A DNA stretch of 64,000 bases from sequence record MW845759.1, one strand, 5' to 3'. Below are positions 38,029 to 46,262 of the stretch, in pieces (the first letter of the stretch is position 1; each line of letters opens with the position of its first letter). The position numbers and the translations under genes are program-made. The notes below the pieces were generated by a model. That model ran no database searches and was not told where the DNA came from. It saw only the letters and a program-made list of their open reading frames with translations.

Positions 38029-38892
38029 ATGAATGATTTATACGACTTCTACGCCAACTGTTTAATCGAAGTACGGCATCCTGACCGTGCTGCGCCGTTG
38101 TGCGAGTTGGTGATGATGGCCATCGATAACGATTATGAACCTGCGCTCGAGCAGATTTATAATTTAGAGATGGATGATGTTGCAGCACACATCGACACGC
38201 TTGAGGGTTGGATTATTAGCTGTGCGGTAGGGTTAGGTCATCGGCTGGGTATCGCTTTTGATATTGACTCGTGCTACCGCAACCCGCGTGTTCCGTTGTT
38301 AGTGTTAAAAGCCGTACTCGAGGACTTAGAGGACTTCGAAGACTACGAGCACCTGCAGGCGATTGCCGAGTCAGGCGAACCGGAAGTGATTATTCTGGAG
38401 AACATGATTCGTTACGTGCGTGCCGATGAGTTCTTCGAAATCGGGACCGTCATTAAACTGATTGAACCGCGCCTGATGATTGTCATTGGTAACTTCCTCA
38501 ATGCCCGTGCCCTGACTGACCAAGCTACCGCGATTGATGATGCGGAACTGGGTCGTATGGCGAAGTACATCCTCGCTTATCCTGAGAACCCGTCAGTCTG
38601 GGCGTTCCAGAATGCGGCACGGACCACGGAACCGAATGTCTTGGCCACCACGCTGGTCTTTGAAGACACCGGGGTACCGGAGGAGCGTCTGCTTGAAATC
38701 TACGCGGTCGGGTTAACGCTGTACGACCACGATAACTTTGCAGACGCTTACACGGCGTTGGAAGAACGTCTGGCAATCATCAATAACGACGGCTTGCCTC
38801 CAATGCCTATCTTAAAATCGGCAGCGGAAGTATTGAAGACGATTTACGAGGTAAATGATGGACAAGCTGCATTATCTGATAGCGGCCTGTAA
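38029..38892 (+). CDS. Conserved acidic protein (phiKZ gp79-like position)
   Basis: AGGA SD; lies upstream of the vRNAP subunit. Confidence 0.8.
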   Translation: MNDLYDFYANCLIEVRHPDRAAPLCELVMMAIDNDYEPALEQIYNLEMDDVAAHIDTLEGWIISCAVGLGHRLGIAFDIDSCYRNPRVPLLVLKAVLEDLEDFEDYEHLQAIAESGEPEVIILENMIRYVRADEFFEIGTVIKLIEPRLMIVIGNFLNARALTDQATAIDDAELGRMAKYILAYPENPSVWAFQNAARTTEPNVLATTLVFEDTGVPEERLLEIYAVGLTLYDHDNFADAYTALEERLAIINNDGLPPMPILKSAAEVLKTIYEVNDGQAALSDSGL

Positions 38893-40153
38893 CAGTCAGG
38901 CATGGAAGCGACTGACATGGCGCATGTCTATCTTCAACGTGTGCCGTTGGCCTGAGGGGGTCACCCCGAAAGCGTACGACCTGAACTTCATTGACGGCGT
39001 TCCGCACTTCTGGAATGTGGATGAAGACTCACTCGGGAACTGGGAAGCGATTGCCGGCACGAAGAAGGACGAAGAGTTGTTCTGGCCGGAAGAAGAGATA
39101 GCCATTAAAGCGGGGGATTATCCGGGACTCAATAAAGACCTGACTACCTCGGCTGGTCGCTACGTCGCCAACTGGATTGTCGTGTACTTCTCGGTGGGCA
39201 CCCGCTTACCCTATCTGGAAGAAGGGAAGTCTTTCCTTGTATACGAGAAAGAATTGTACTCGCGTTGTCTGGCATATGGCACGGATAGCCCTGACGACAA
39301 AGAGGCCCTGCGTCCAAGCCACGTAGCCGCCTTTATACAGGGCCTCAGCGAGATTGCGCCGATGTGTAAGGCGATTGCCCCAACCGGGACACTGCGCTCG
39401 TTACAGACGCACCCAGACCTCTATAAGGTGCGTGATGCGTTGCTTGAGAAACACAAGGACGAGTTAGACGACCCGGCGGTCATCGTGAAGATTCAGAAGG
39501 TGTTGGATGACATGGACACCGAATGGTTGCAAGGCGACCAGTCCATCGAATTCTACAGCTCGAAGAAGTCCCGCATGCGTCGCCGTAAGTTACTTATCAT
39601 GCACGGGATTGAAGCGTCCTTTAAAGAAGGGGGCGACTACACCCTGATTCCGACCTCGCTGATTGAAGGTGGCGACCTGACCAAACTCGTTGAGAAATTC
39701 AACGGCGTACGTGAAGGCTCGTTCTCTCGTGGTGCGGAAACGGCGAAGGGTGGCGAGCAGGTGCGAATCATCCAGATGATCTTCCAGAACCACCGGATTA
39801 CCGATGATGATTGCGGCACGAAACTTACCCATTTGGTGTTCATTAACGAAGCCAATGTCAAACGCTATGTTGGGATGAACATGGTGGAAACGGGTAAGAA
39901 GACGCAATTAACGGAAGAGATGCTCAAGGGCTTGATGGGTAAGGCAATACGCATTCGACGCCCTATCTTATGCCAACGAGGTCACGTTGACACTTGTGCC
40001 GGCTGCTCCAGCGCTGCGAAGTCGAAAGAAGAACGAGCGATTGCCGCGGATATCTCCGGGGCGATGTCAAACGTTATGCTTAACGCGATGGGCGCAATGC
40101 ACGGCCGAGATACCGTGGTGGCCGAATTTAAACCCCGATTCCACATTACCTAA
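38855..40153 (+). CDS. Virion RNA polymerase beta'-like subunit fragment (phiKZ gp80-like)
   Basis: GVREG...RG...TAKGG, DDDCGT and CQ...CAGC Zn motifs of the beta' middle region. Confidence 0.88.
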   Translation: MMDKLHYLIAACNSQAWKRLTWRMSIFNVCRWPEGVTPKAYDLNFIDGVPHFWNVDEDSLGNWEAIAGTKKDEELFWPEEEIAIKAGDYPGLNKDLTTSAGRYVANWIVVYFSVGTRLPYLEEGKSFLVYEKELYSRCLAYGTDSPDDKEALRPSHVAAFIQGLSEIAPMCKAIAPTGTLRSLQTHPDLYKVRDALLEKHKDELDDPAVIVKIQKVLDDMDTEWLQGDQSIEFYSSKKSRMRRRKLLIMHGIEASFKEGGDYTLIPTSLIEGGDLTKLVEKFNGVREGSFSRGAETAKGGEQVRIIQMIFQNHRITDDDCGTKLTHLVFINEANVKRYVGMNMVETGKKTQLTEEMLKGLMGKAIRIRRPILCQRGHVDTCAGCSSAAKSKEERAIAADISGAMSNVMLNAMGAMHGRDTVVAEFKPRFHIT

Positions 40154-40163
40154 GGATTTAGTC

Positions 40164-40766
40164 ATGGGAAACCAAGATAAAAATAAGCAACAGTCTACTC
40201 AACAGTCTGCTACCACCACCGTTCTCGACACCGCGGGTGAGCAGTCACTGGCACAAAGTGATGCACGTCCTCAGCTGACCGCAGAGACCACCCCGGCTGT
40301 TGACCCACAGACTGTTGCCCCGGCCGGTTCTATCAATGCTGAAGAGCAGAACGATCTGAAACTGCTGGGCCAGTTGCTGGAAGAGTACGCGGCGAACTCC
40401 GGTACGCACGTTGACCTGAACAGCTCTAAGTCTCAGGTGGCTTTCAGCAAACTGCATCATGCGTTCCGCCTGCTGTTCAAACAGCGCGGTACGGCCTTTA
40501 AGCAGGGCTTTGCTATCCTGATTAAAGTTGTGGTTGACGCGAAGACCAAAGCGTTCCACCCGAAAGTGGTAAACTACCACCTGAACAACCTGAACCCTGA
40601 TGAGCAGACTGCGTTCATCGTGTTCATCAACCTCGTCAGCCGTTTCGCACGCTTTGACAACAAAGCCAAGTTCGCGAAAAACACCAACGTGTCTCGCCTG
40701 ACTGAGCTGGTTGCTGACCCGGAACTGAAAGGTCTGCTTGACGAAGTGTTCCTCGTCAAGCACTAA
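40164..40766 (+). CDS. Hypothetical protein (MGNQDKNK...)
   Basis: AAGGA SD at ATG 40164; biased codons. Confidence 0.85.
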   Translation: MGNQDKNKQQSTQQSATTTVLDTAGEQSLAQSDARPQLTAETTPAVDPQTVAPAGSINAEEQNDLKLLGQLLEEYAANSGTHVDLNSSKSQVAFSKLHHAFRLLFKQRGTAFKQGFAILIKVVVDAKTKAFHPKVVNYHLNNLNPDEQTAFIVFINLVSRFARFDNKAKFAKNTNVSRLTELVADPELKGLLDEVFLVKH

Positions 40767-40819
40767 AAAAATAAAGGCTACTACCTTCCCTTGCGGGAAG
40801 GTAGACCTTTTTCTTTTTT
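40767..40819. terminator. Bidirectional terminator
   Basis: CTACCTTCCC-TTGC-GGGAAGGTAG (40781-40804) with A and T tracts. Confidence 0.88.
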
Positions 40820-42620
40820 AAGCTGCTACTTCGTCGATAGTGGTAACCACTTCTTCATTGGCGGCCGCCATACGACGCCGGAATGCTTCCAATACCACTT
40901 CTTTATCTGGCATCAGGAACATCTCGTTTGCAATCTCCATTGCGTTTACACGACCCGCAGTCAGGTTAACCCCAGCACGACGCCGGACTTCTTCGCTCAC
41001 GCCTTCAATTGAGATAAGCTCAATGATGGTGGTTTCACGAGATTGGTTCGCCATGTTCGTACAAGACGGATAAGCCTGTGTTAAGTCGGCATCGGCCGTT
41101 TGACCACGGAAAGCGGTCAGTAAGGATGGAATCTCTTTCACGACATGTAAACCGTTCTCGGCGTTCATGTGCGCAGGCAAGGTGACAATCCAACCGTCTG
41201 TTCCGATAACCTCCTCATCAAAGTCGTTCTTAATCGCATTCCCCACCGAGCCGATAACCAGACCTTGGTTCCAGAGGAAATAGGTGAACTCGTTACAGAT
41301 ACGTTTAGGCAACGACGGGAAGATATCGTACATCGACACACCCGACAGAATCGAGAGTGCTGAGGACAGGTCGTTCGTTAAGCTATCCAACAGCAGGATG
41401 AGTAAGTTATCCATGATGTTGTACGCGCAGTATTCGAGTGGGAAGTCTCGCTGCGCGGTGATGTGCCAATCGACGTTGTCTTTGTACTCCAGTCCTGGGA
41501 TATCTAATTTGCCTACCCCCACTTCCCCTTCCAGAATGGCTGAGAGTTTGTAGGTCGGACGGTTACCTTCGTGTGTACGGATTTTCTTGAACAGACACAT
41601 GGCATCTACGGCATAGAACGATGCCTGACAGTACAGTACGTGCCACTGGTCTGCCGGTGATTTGGTCAGTGTCTTCGATTCGGTTTTCTTCGAGGCTTGG
41701 TCACGCTTGTACCAGACATTACGATACTTCTGCGGAACATCCGGATGACAGAAGACGTCTTCGTACGGAATACCTTCAGCATCCAACTCCTTCATCATAA
41801 TTGTCAAGTCGTAGTCGATGTTCCACGCCACGAGCAGGTCAGGTAACAGGCGATGGACTTCGTGGAACATGGCCACGATACATTGTGCAGGCGTGGCACA
41901 ACGGTGGACAAATAACTCGTACCCGTTCTCCTTAATCAGGTCACGGTATTCAACTTCACCTTTCGGAAGTTTCTTGCCCTTTTTATTTTTAGTGAATGGA
42001 ACACGACTGAGTAATTCAATCGTTTTCTTTTCAATGGCTTCATGCCCGCCCTTGATACGGTCGAAGTATTCCGCATGCGCAAAGAAGTGAATCTCTTTGT
42101 CGCAAACAAAAGAGACCATCTCCATGCGTTTCGAACCGTCGTCTTCTTTGGTTTCGACGTCGAATACGCAAGCGCGGTTCAGAGACTGGGCTTCTGGCCA
42201 CTTCTCTTTGTACTTCTGTTTAATCCAGCTGGTCACTGGCAGGTCAGCCCAATACACGAACGGGCTGCGACAGGCCATTTTCAAACTGAGTTTCGGATTT
42301 GGGAAGCTGTTACCCAATGCCATTTGAATGGTCTGGGACATCTTCACGTCGGTTGTGTGATACTCTACACACTTCTCACGCAATTCGTATTCTTTCTTCT
42401 CCTGATGGTTTCGGAAAGAAGGGCCCTCACGTGTGACAAAAATAGGACGTTTTACGTTCTCACGCATTACCAGTCGCGGGATTTGCCGGCCATCTTTAGT
42501 ATGGACGACCTCCTTAATGACGACCAAGTCGTTTTGCTTTATGGCATCGGTCGAGTAGGCGACGGACTTACATTCTTTGCCAACGACATCCTCGGGGTTA
42601 AAGTGTAAGTTGCTTACCAT
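40818..42620 (-). CDS. Split family-B DNA polymerase, 3'-5' exonuclease plus motif A subunit (phiKZ gp82-like)
   Basis: ExoI FDVE, ExoII AWNIDYD, ExoIII YNIMD, and motif A DADLTQAYPS. Confidence 0.88.
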   Translation of the reverse strand: MVSNLHFNPEDVVGKECKSVAYSTDAIKQNDLVVIKEVVHTKDGRQIPRLVMRENVKRPIFVTREGPSFRNHQEKKEYELREKCVEYHTTDVKMSQTIQMALGNSFPNPKLSLKMACRSPFVYWADLPVTSWIKQKYKEKWPEAQSLNRACVFDVETKEDDGSKRMEMVSFVCDKEIHFFAHAEYFDRIKGGHEAIEKKTIELLSRVPFTKNKKGKKLPKGEVEYRDLIKENGYELFVHRCATPAQCIVAMFHEVHRLLPDLLVAWNIDYDLTIMMKELDAEGIPYEDVFCHPDVPQKYRNVWYKRDQASKKTESKTLTKSPADQWHVLYCQASFYAVDAMCLFKKIRTHEGNRPTYKLSAILEGEVGVGKLDIPGLEYKDNVDWHITAQRDFPLEYCAYNIMDNLLILLLDSLTNDLSSALSILSGVSMYDIFPSLPKRICNEFTYFLWNQGLVIGSVGNAIKNDFDEEVIGTDGWIVTLPAHMNAENGLHVVKEIPSLLTAFRGQTADADLTQAYPSCTNMANQSRETTIIELISIEGVSEEVRRRAGVNLTAGRVNAMEIANEMFLMPDKEVVLEAFRRRMAAANEEVVTTIDEVAA

Positions 42621-42707
42621 AGCGGCCCTTCTTATTCGGTTGCTCGATTCTGGATTCTTGGGTATCTATACTAGAGTATTCAATTGTAAAAAATTTTAAG
42701 GACTCCC

Positions 42708-44051
42708 ATGGGACACTGGTTAAATCTTGCTGGCAGACTCGCGAACCGCCAGCATGTAGCGTCGGAATCTATCAAATTCCAAAACCGCGATAAGTTTGAA
42801 AAGGTTGCTGCAGCCGTTGCCGAATTCCGTCAGAATAACTACAGCCGTACCGCGTACGAAACCTCAACTATTCCAACTGTGATTCTGGAATGCTTTGGGG
42901 TCAACACACGTCTGTGCGATGGCAGTGAACTGGGTCTTGCCGACCAACGCTTAGCCGCCGTTCATCCTCCTGAACTCGACAAGAACCACCCGCTGGTTCC
43001 GGAGTTCCAACGCATTGCGTATAAAGGGAACAACGATTTAACCGTTTATAGCAAATTTGCCAAAGACGGTGTAATTATCGGTGAAGTAAACGACGCGGAA
43101 GCCCGTGTCAGTGGCGATTACAGCAAGGTTATTTGTCAGCTGTACGTCACTCCTCCTCTTTTTGCCGATGAATCGTTTACCAACGAAGAATTGGCAGCGA
43201 TTATCCTGCACGAGGTTGGACACATCTATACCTACTTCAAGCTGATTGGTCGTACGTTGCTGACGAACATGATTGCGGATGCCGCAGCTAACCGCCTCAT
43301 GAAACTCGAAGACCCGAAAGAGAAGATGAAGGTCGTGAGTGACGTGGAGAAGCTGCTCAACACCAAAATCGGTCAGCCGGAAACCCTGCTGGAAGAGTAC
43401 CGTAAAGAGCCGCTGTACATGCACCTCGTGACGGAGCTGTCTCAGCCACGTATCAACGCGGTGGCTTCTAACGGTTACGTGAACCGTAACTGGGAACGTC
43501 TGGCGGATGACTTTGCAGCGCGCTGTGGCGCAGCGCAGTATCTGGCGACCGGGCTGTATAAGCTCGAAACCTCGCCAATGTACATCGCCCGTAACAACTC
43601 CTTTATCGACTTCGGCACTCACATCGTTACGCAAGTGGCGCTGGTTGGTTTCATTATCTGGAATGCCTACTACTCGCCTATCATCGTGGCCGGGTTGTGT
43701 ATTCTGGGGCTGGTGATTACTGACCCGCAAGACTACATCTACGACCAACCGCAAGAGCGCTTTACAACGCTGCGCCGTACTATGGTCGAAGAGCTGCGGG
43801 TGTACGAAGGCGTTAACAGCAAAGAAGCCAACGAATACCGCAAGCGTATCCTGCGCGAAATCGGTGTGGTTGACCAACTGCTGTCGCAGACCACCGATAA
43901 GGCAAACGTCTTTAAACTGTTCCACGACTACCTGACACCGTCGGGCCATCGTGAACGTAAAGCCATCAGCTTCCAGCAAGACCTCGAGACCTTCTTGACG
44001 TCTGACCTGGCTGTCGCCTCTGCCCGTCTGAATCTTGCAGGCGCAAAATAA
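42708..44051 (+). CDS. Virion head protein with an M48-like Zn-metalloprotease motif and hydrophobic helices
   Basis: ILHEVGH (HExxH), downstream ERLADDFA, two hydrophobic segments, N-terminal ASES. Confidence 0.7.
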   Translation: MGHWLNLAGRLANRQHVASESIKFQNRDKFEKVAAAVAEFRQNNYSRTAYETSTIPTVILECFGVNTRLCDGSELGLADQRLAAVHPPELDKNHPLVPEFQRIAYKGNNDLTVYSKFAKDGVIIGEVNDAEARVSGDYSKVICQLYVTPPLFADESFTNEELAAIILHEVGHIYTYFKLIGRTLLTNMIADAAANRLMKLEDPKEKMKVVSDVEKLLNTKIGQPETLLEEYRKEPLYMHLVTELSQPRINAVASNGYVNRNWERLADDFAARCGAAQYLATGLYKLETSPMYIARNNSFIDFGTHIVTQVALVGFIIWNAYYSPIIVAGLCILGLVITDPQDYIYDQPQERFTTLRRTMVEELRVYEGVNSKEANEYRKRILREIGVVDQLLSQTTDKANVFKLFHDYLTPSGHRERKAISFQQDLETFLTSDLAVASARLNLAGAK

Positions 44052-44072
44052 CCCTATCATCGAGGAACTATC

Positions 44073-44513
44073 ATGACACACAAAGTCACCATGGGTGCGT
44101 TGATTTACGATTTCAAACGCAAGAACGAAGGTAAAGGCGTGGCCGCCGGTCAAGCGCTGACCACGCTGGTTGCTATCTGTCTGGCGTACAATGCGCCACT
44201 GCCGAACAACGGCATCAACGGCGGACAGGAAGCTGCGCGTACTACCCTGCGTCCGTACATCACCGATATTGCCTCGCGCGTGAACGAAATCATGCACATT
44301 GATTTCACCACCATTGACTCACTGTCGATTGCGCTGTATTGCAACCGCTATGAGCAAGCGTGGAACCCGCGTGGGGCCATCGACGCATTCAGCATCCAGC
44401 AGATTGTTCACGAAGGTATCGGTTCTGATATCTGGCAGACCGTGAAACTGTGGCTTGACCGTTTCCTGGATGCGATTGCCTTCTATCAGCTGGAACAGCG
44501 CGAAGGGGAGTAA
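44073..44513 (+). CDS. Putative virion protein (146 aa)
   Basis: GAGGA SD; located in the head module. Confidence 0.75.
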   Translation: MTHKVTMGALIYDFKRKNEGKGVAAGQALTTLVAICLAYNAPLPNNGINGGQEAARTTLRPYITDIASRVNEIMHIDFTTIDSLSIALYCNRYEQAWNPRGAIDAFSIQQIVHEGIGSDIWQTVKLWLDRFLDAIAFYQLEQREGE

Positions 44514-44517
44514 GTAA

Positions 44518-46218
44518 ATGACTGGAACGACTGGATTGGTTGCTAACCCAATGTTCCGCCTCGGCCAGTTGGGTGAGCTCGCTCGTCAAGAGCAGGCGAC
44601 CGAACTGAAGACGGCCGGGGAGGTCATCGACTTCCTCAAACGCACCGACGTGGTTGCTGAACAGAACATGAAGGTGCTGCAAGCGCTGGATGAAGTGATG
44701 GCAGAAATTCGTAGCTACGGCCTGAATCAGGACACGTTCGTTGCGGTAGAGTCGATTCGTCCGGGAACTATCCCCGCGGCTGTGCGTGGGGTGCTCACCA
44801 GTAACTACTCACGAACCCACCGTGAAGAGACCCTGGTCGCGTTGGAGTCGTACTCACAGGTCGGTAAATACGGCATCCTGTTACTGCTGATTGGCGCGGT
44901 TATCAAAATCCTCGGCTGGATTGTGAGTAACGCCAGTGCTGCTCAGGGGGGCGAAGGTAGCGGGGCGGACGATTACAAATCCGAAGCGGACGGGCGTACC
45001 GAAGGGGCTTCTTTAGGCGATGGTAGTATTCTGGAATCCCTGAAGTCGAGTTCGGTGCGTGATGCGTATGTGTCCGTGTTCGAAAGCGCCAAAGATGAGA
45101 AGGCGAAGAAAGCCCTCAATGACGTCGCCGCAATTCTCGATGCCCGTGTGCAAGAAGTGCAGGGTGAGAACTACTTCAACAATCTGTCGGCTGCGGCCAC
45201 AGGCGGTAAGTCGTTCTTCGGCCCGATTCTGCGCAAAGCCGTTGCCGGGGATATCAGTCAGCGTGAAGCCACCCTCGAACTGATTACGCAGGTGGTGGCC
45301 ACCGGCGCCCCGTCGGCTATCTTCAACGATCGCGCTGCACAAAGTGCGTGGGCAGCCTTACCGAAAGGGGCGAAGGAATGCGGTGTACGTTTTGCAACAG
45401 GTTCACTGTTCAAACGTTATGCCAACAACCTGAACAACCTGAACGGTGATGCTCAGCGTTTTGAGAAGACACTGGACAGCGTCATGAGCAACCTGTTAAA
45501 GGATGCTGGGGCTGACCAGCGTGATGCCCAGAACTTGGCACATGAGTTCATTACTGAAGTGTCTACGGTCTCTGCTGCGGTGTTCTCGATGCTGGAACGC
45601 GACTCGAGCGGTAACCCAACCATGTCGACGGAACTGTCGTCTGTCGGTTATCGTATCAAGCCGGACTTCGCCAAGAAGCTTATCGGTTATACCGAAGCGA
45701 CGGGCACTACCGGTTCGTACGAGTTCCGTTACGTGACATCGTCGGCGTTCATGTGTTCTGAGCTGTTGGTGGACTTGGTGAAGGACTCCGGGATGTCTGA
45801 CACAGACCACCCGTCGTTACTGCGTTCACTCGTGATGCTCGGCCCTGATGATTTGGAATCGAACCCGCGTACCGATATTGAAAAATACTCGGCACTGCAG
45901 AAACGCTTTCAAGCGCTGTACGAGAAGTTCGATGAGTTCGGTACGAAGTTCAACAAGACCGGTAAGAATTTCCCGATGTTTGTGAAATTCGAAGAGAACA
46001 TCTTTGAGCTGATTTCCAAAAACCAGCGTGATGCAACCTTTGGTAAAGACACCGGCCTGTTTGAAGTGGGGGCGGCAAGCGAAGGTGCAGGCTCAAGCTT
46101 CTTCAAAGGAGCGAAGGCCGTTATGGCGGTTTGTCGTGACTTCGCGAAGGTGGGTGGGGCGTTGACGAAGGTAGTTGACCGCCACAACAAATGCCCGTGG
46201 ACGAAAGCAAAGAAATAA
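44518..46218 (+). CDS. Internal head/ejection protein with a propeptide and a transmembrane-like segment
   Basis: AVES and ALES sites followed by GILLLLIGAVIKILGWIV. Confidence 0.7.
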   Translation: MTGTTGLVANPMFRLGQLGELARQEQATELKTAGEVIDFLKRTDVVAEQNMKVLQALDEVMAEIRSYGLNQDTFVAVESIRPGTIPAAVRGVLTSNYSRTHREETLVALESYSQVGKYGILLLLIGAVIKILGWIVSNASAAQGGEGSGADDYKSEADGRTEGASLGDGSILESLKSSSVRDAYVSVFESAKDEKAKKALNDVAAILDARVQEVQGENYFNNLSAAATGGKSFFGPILRKAVAGDISQREATLELITQVVATGAPSAIFNDRAAQSAWAALPKGAKECGVRFATGSLFKRYANNLNNLNGDAQRFEKTLDSVMSNLLKDAGADQRDAQNLAHEFITEVSTVSAAVFSMLERDSSGNPTMSTELSSVGYRIKPDFAKKLIGYTEATGTTGSYEFRYVTSSAFMCSELLVDLVKDSGMSDTDHPSLLRSLVMLGPDDLESNPRTDIEKYSALQKRFQALYEKFDEFGTKFNKTGKNFPMFVKFEENIFELISKNQRDATFGKDTGLFEVGAASEGAGSSFFKGAKAVMAVCRDFAKVGGALTKVVDRHNKCPWTKAKK

Positions 46219-46262
46219 AAGGTAACCTACCCCCGCGGGGGTAGGTCCTTACTTTATTTTTT
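46219..46262. terminator. Bidirectional terminator
   Basis: ACCTACCCC-CGCG-GGGGTAGGT (46225-46246). Confidence 0.85.

Noticed and set aside
39987-40163. N-terminal extension of the 40164-40766 ORF from TTG 39987
   Set aside because: It overlaps the vRNAP gene; ATG 40164 has a good SD.
43038-44297. 419-aa antisense ORF
   Set aside because: It mirrors two well-supported plus-strand genes and has no SD or motif. Long antisense frames are expected from the strong codon bias.
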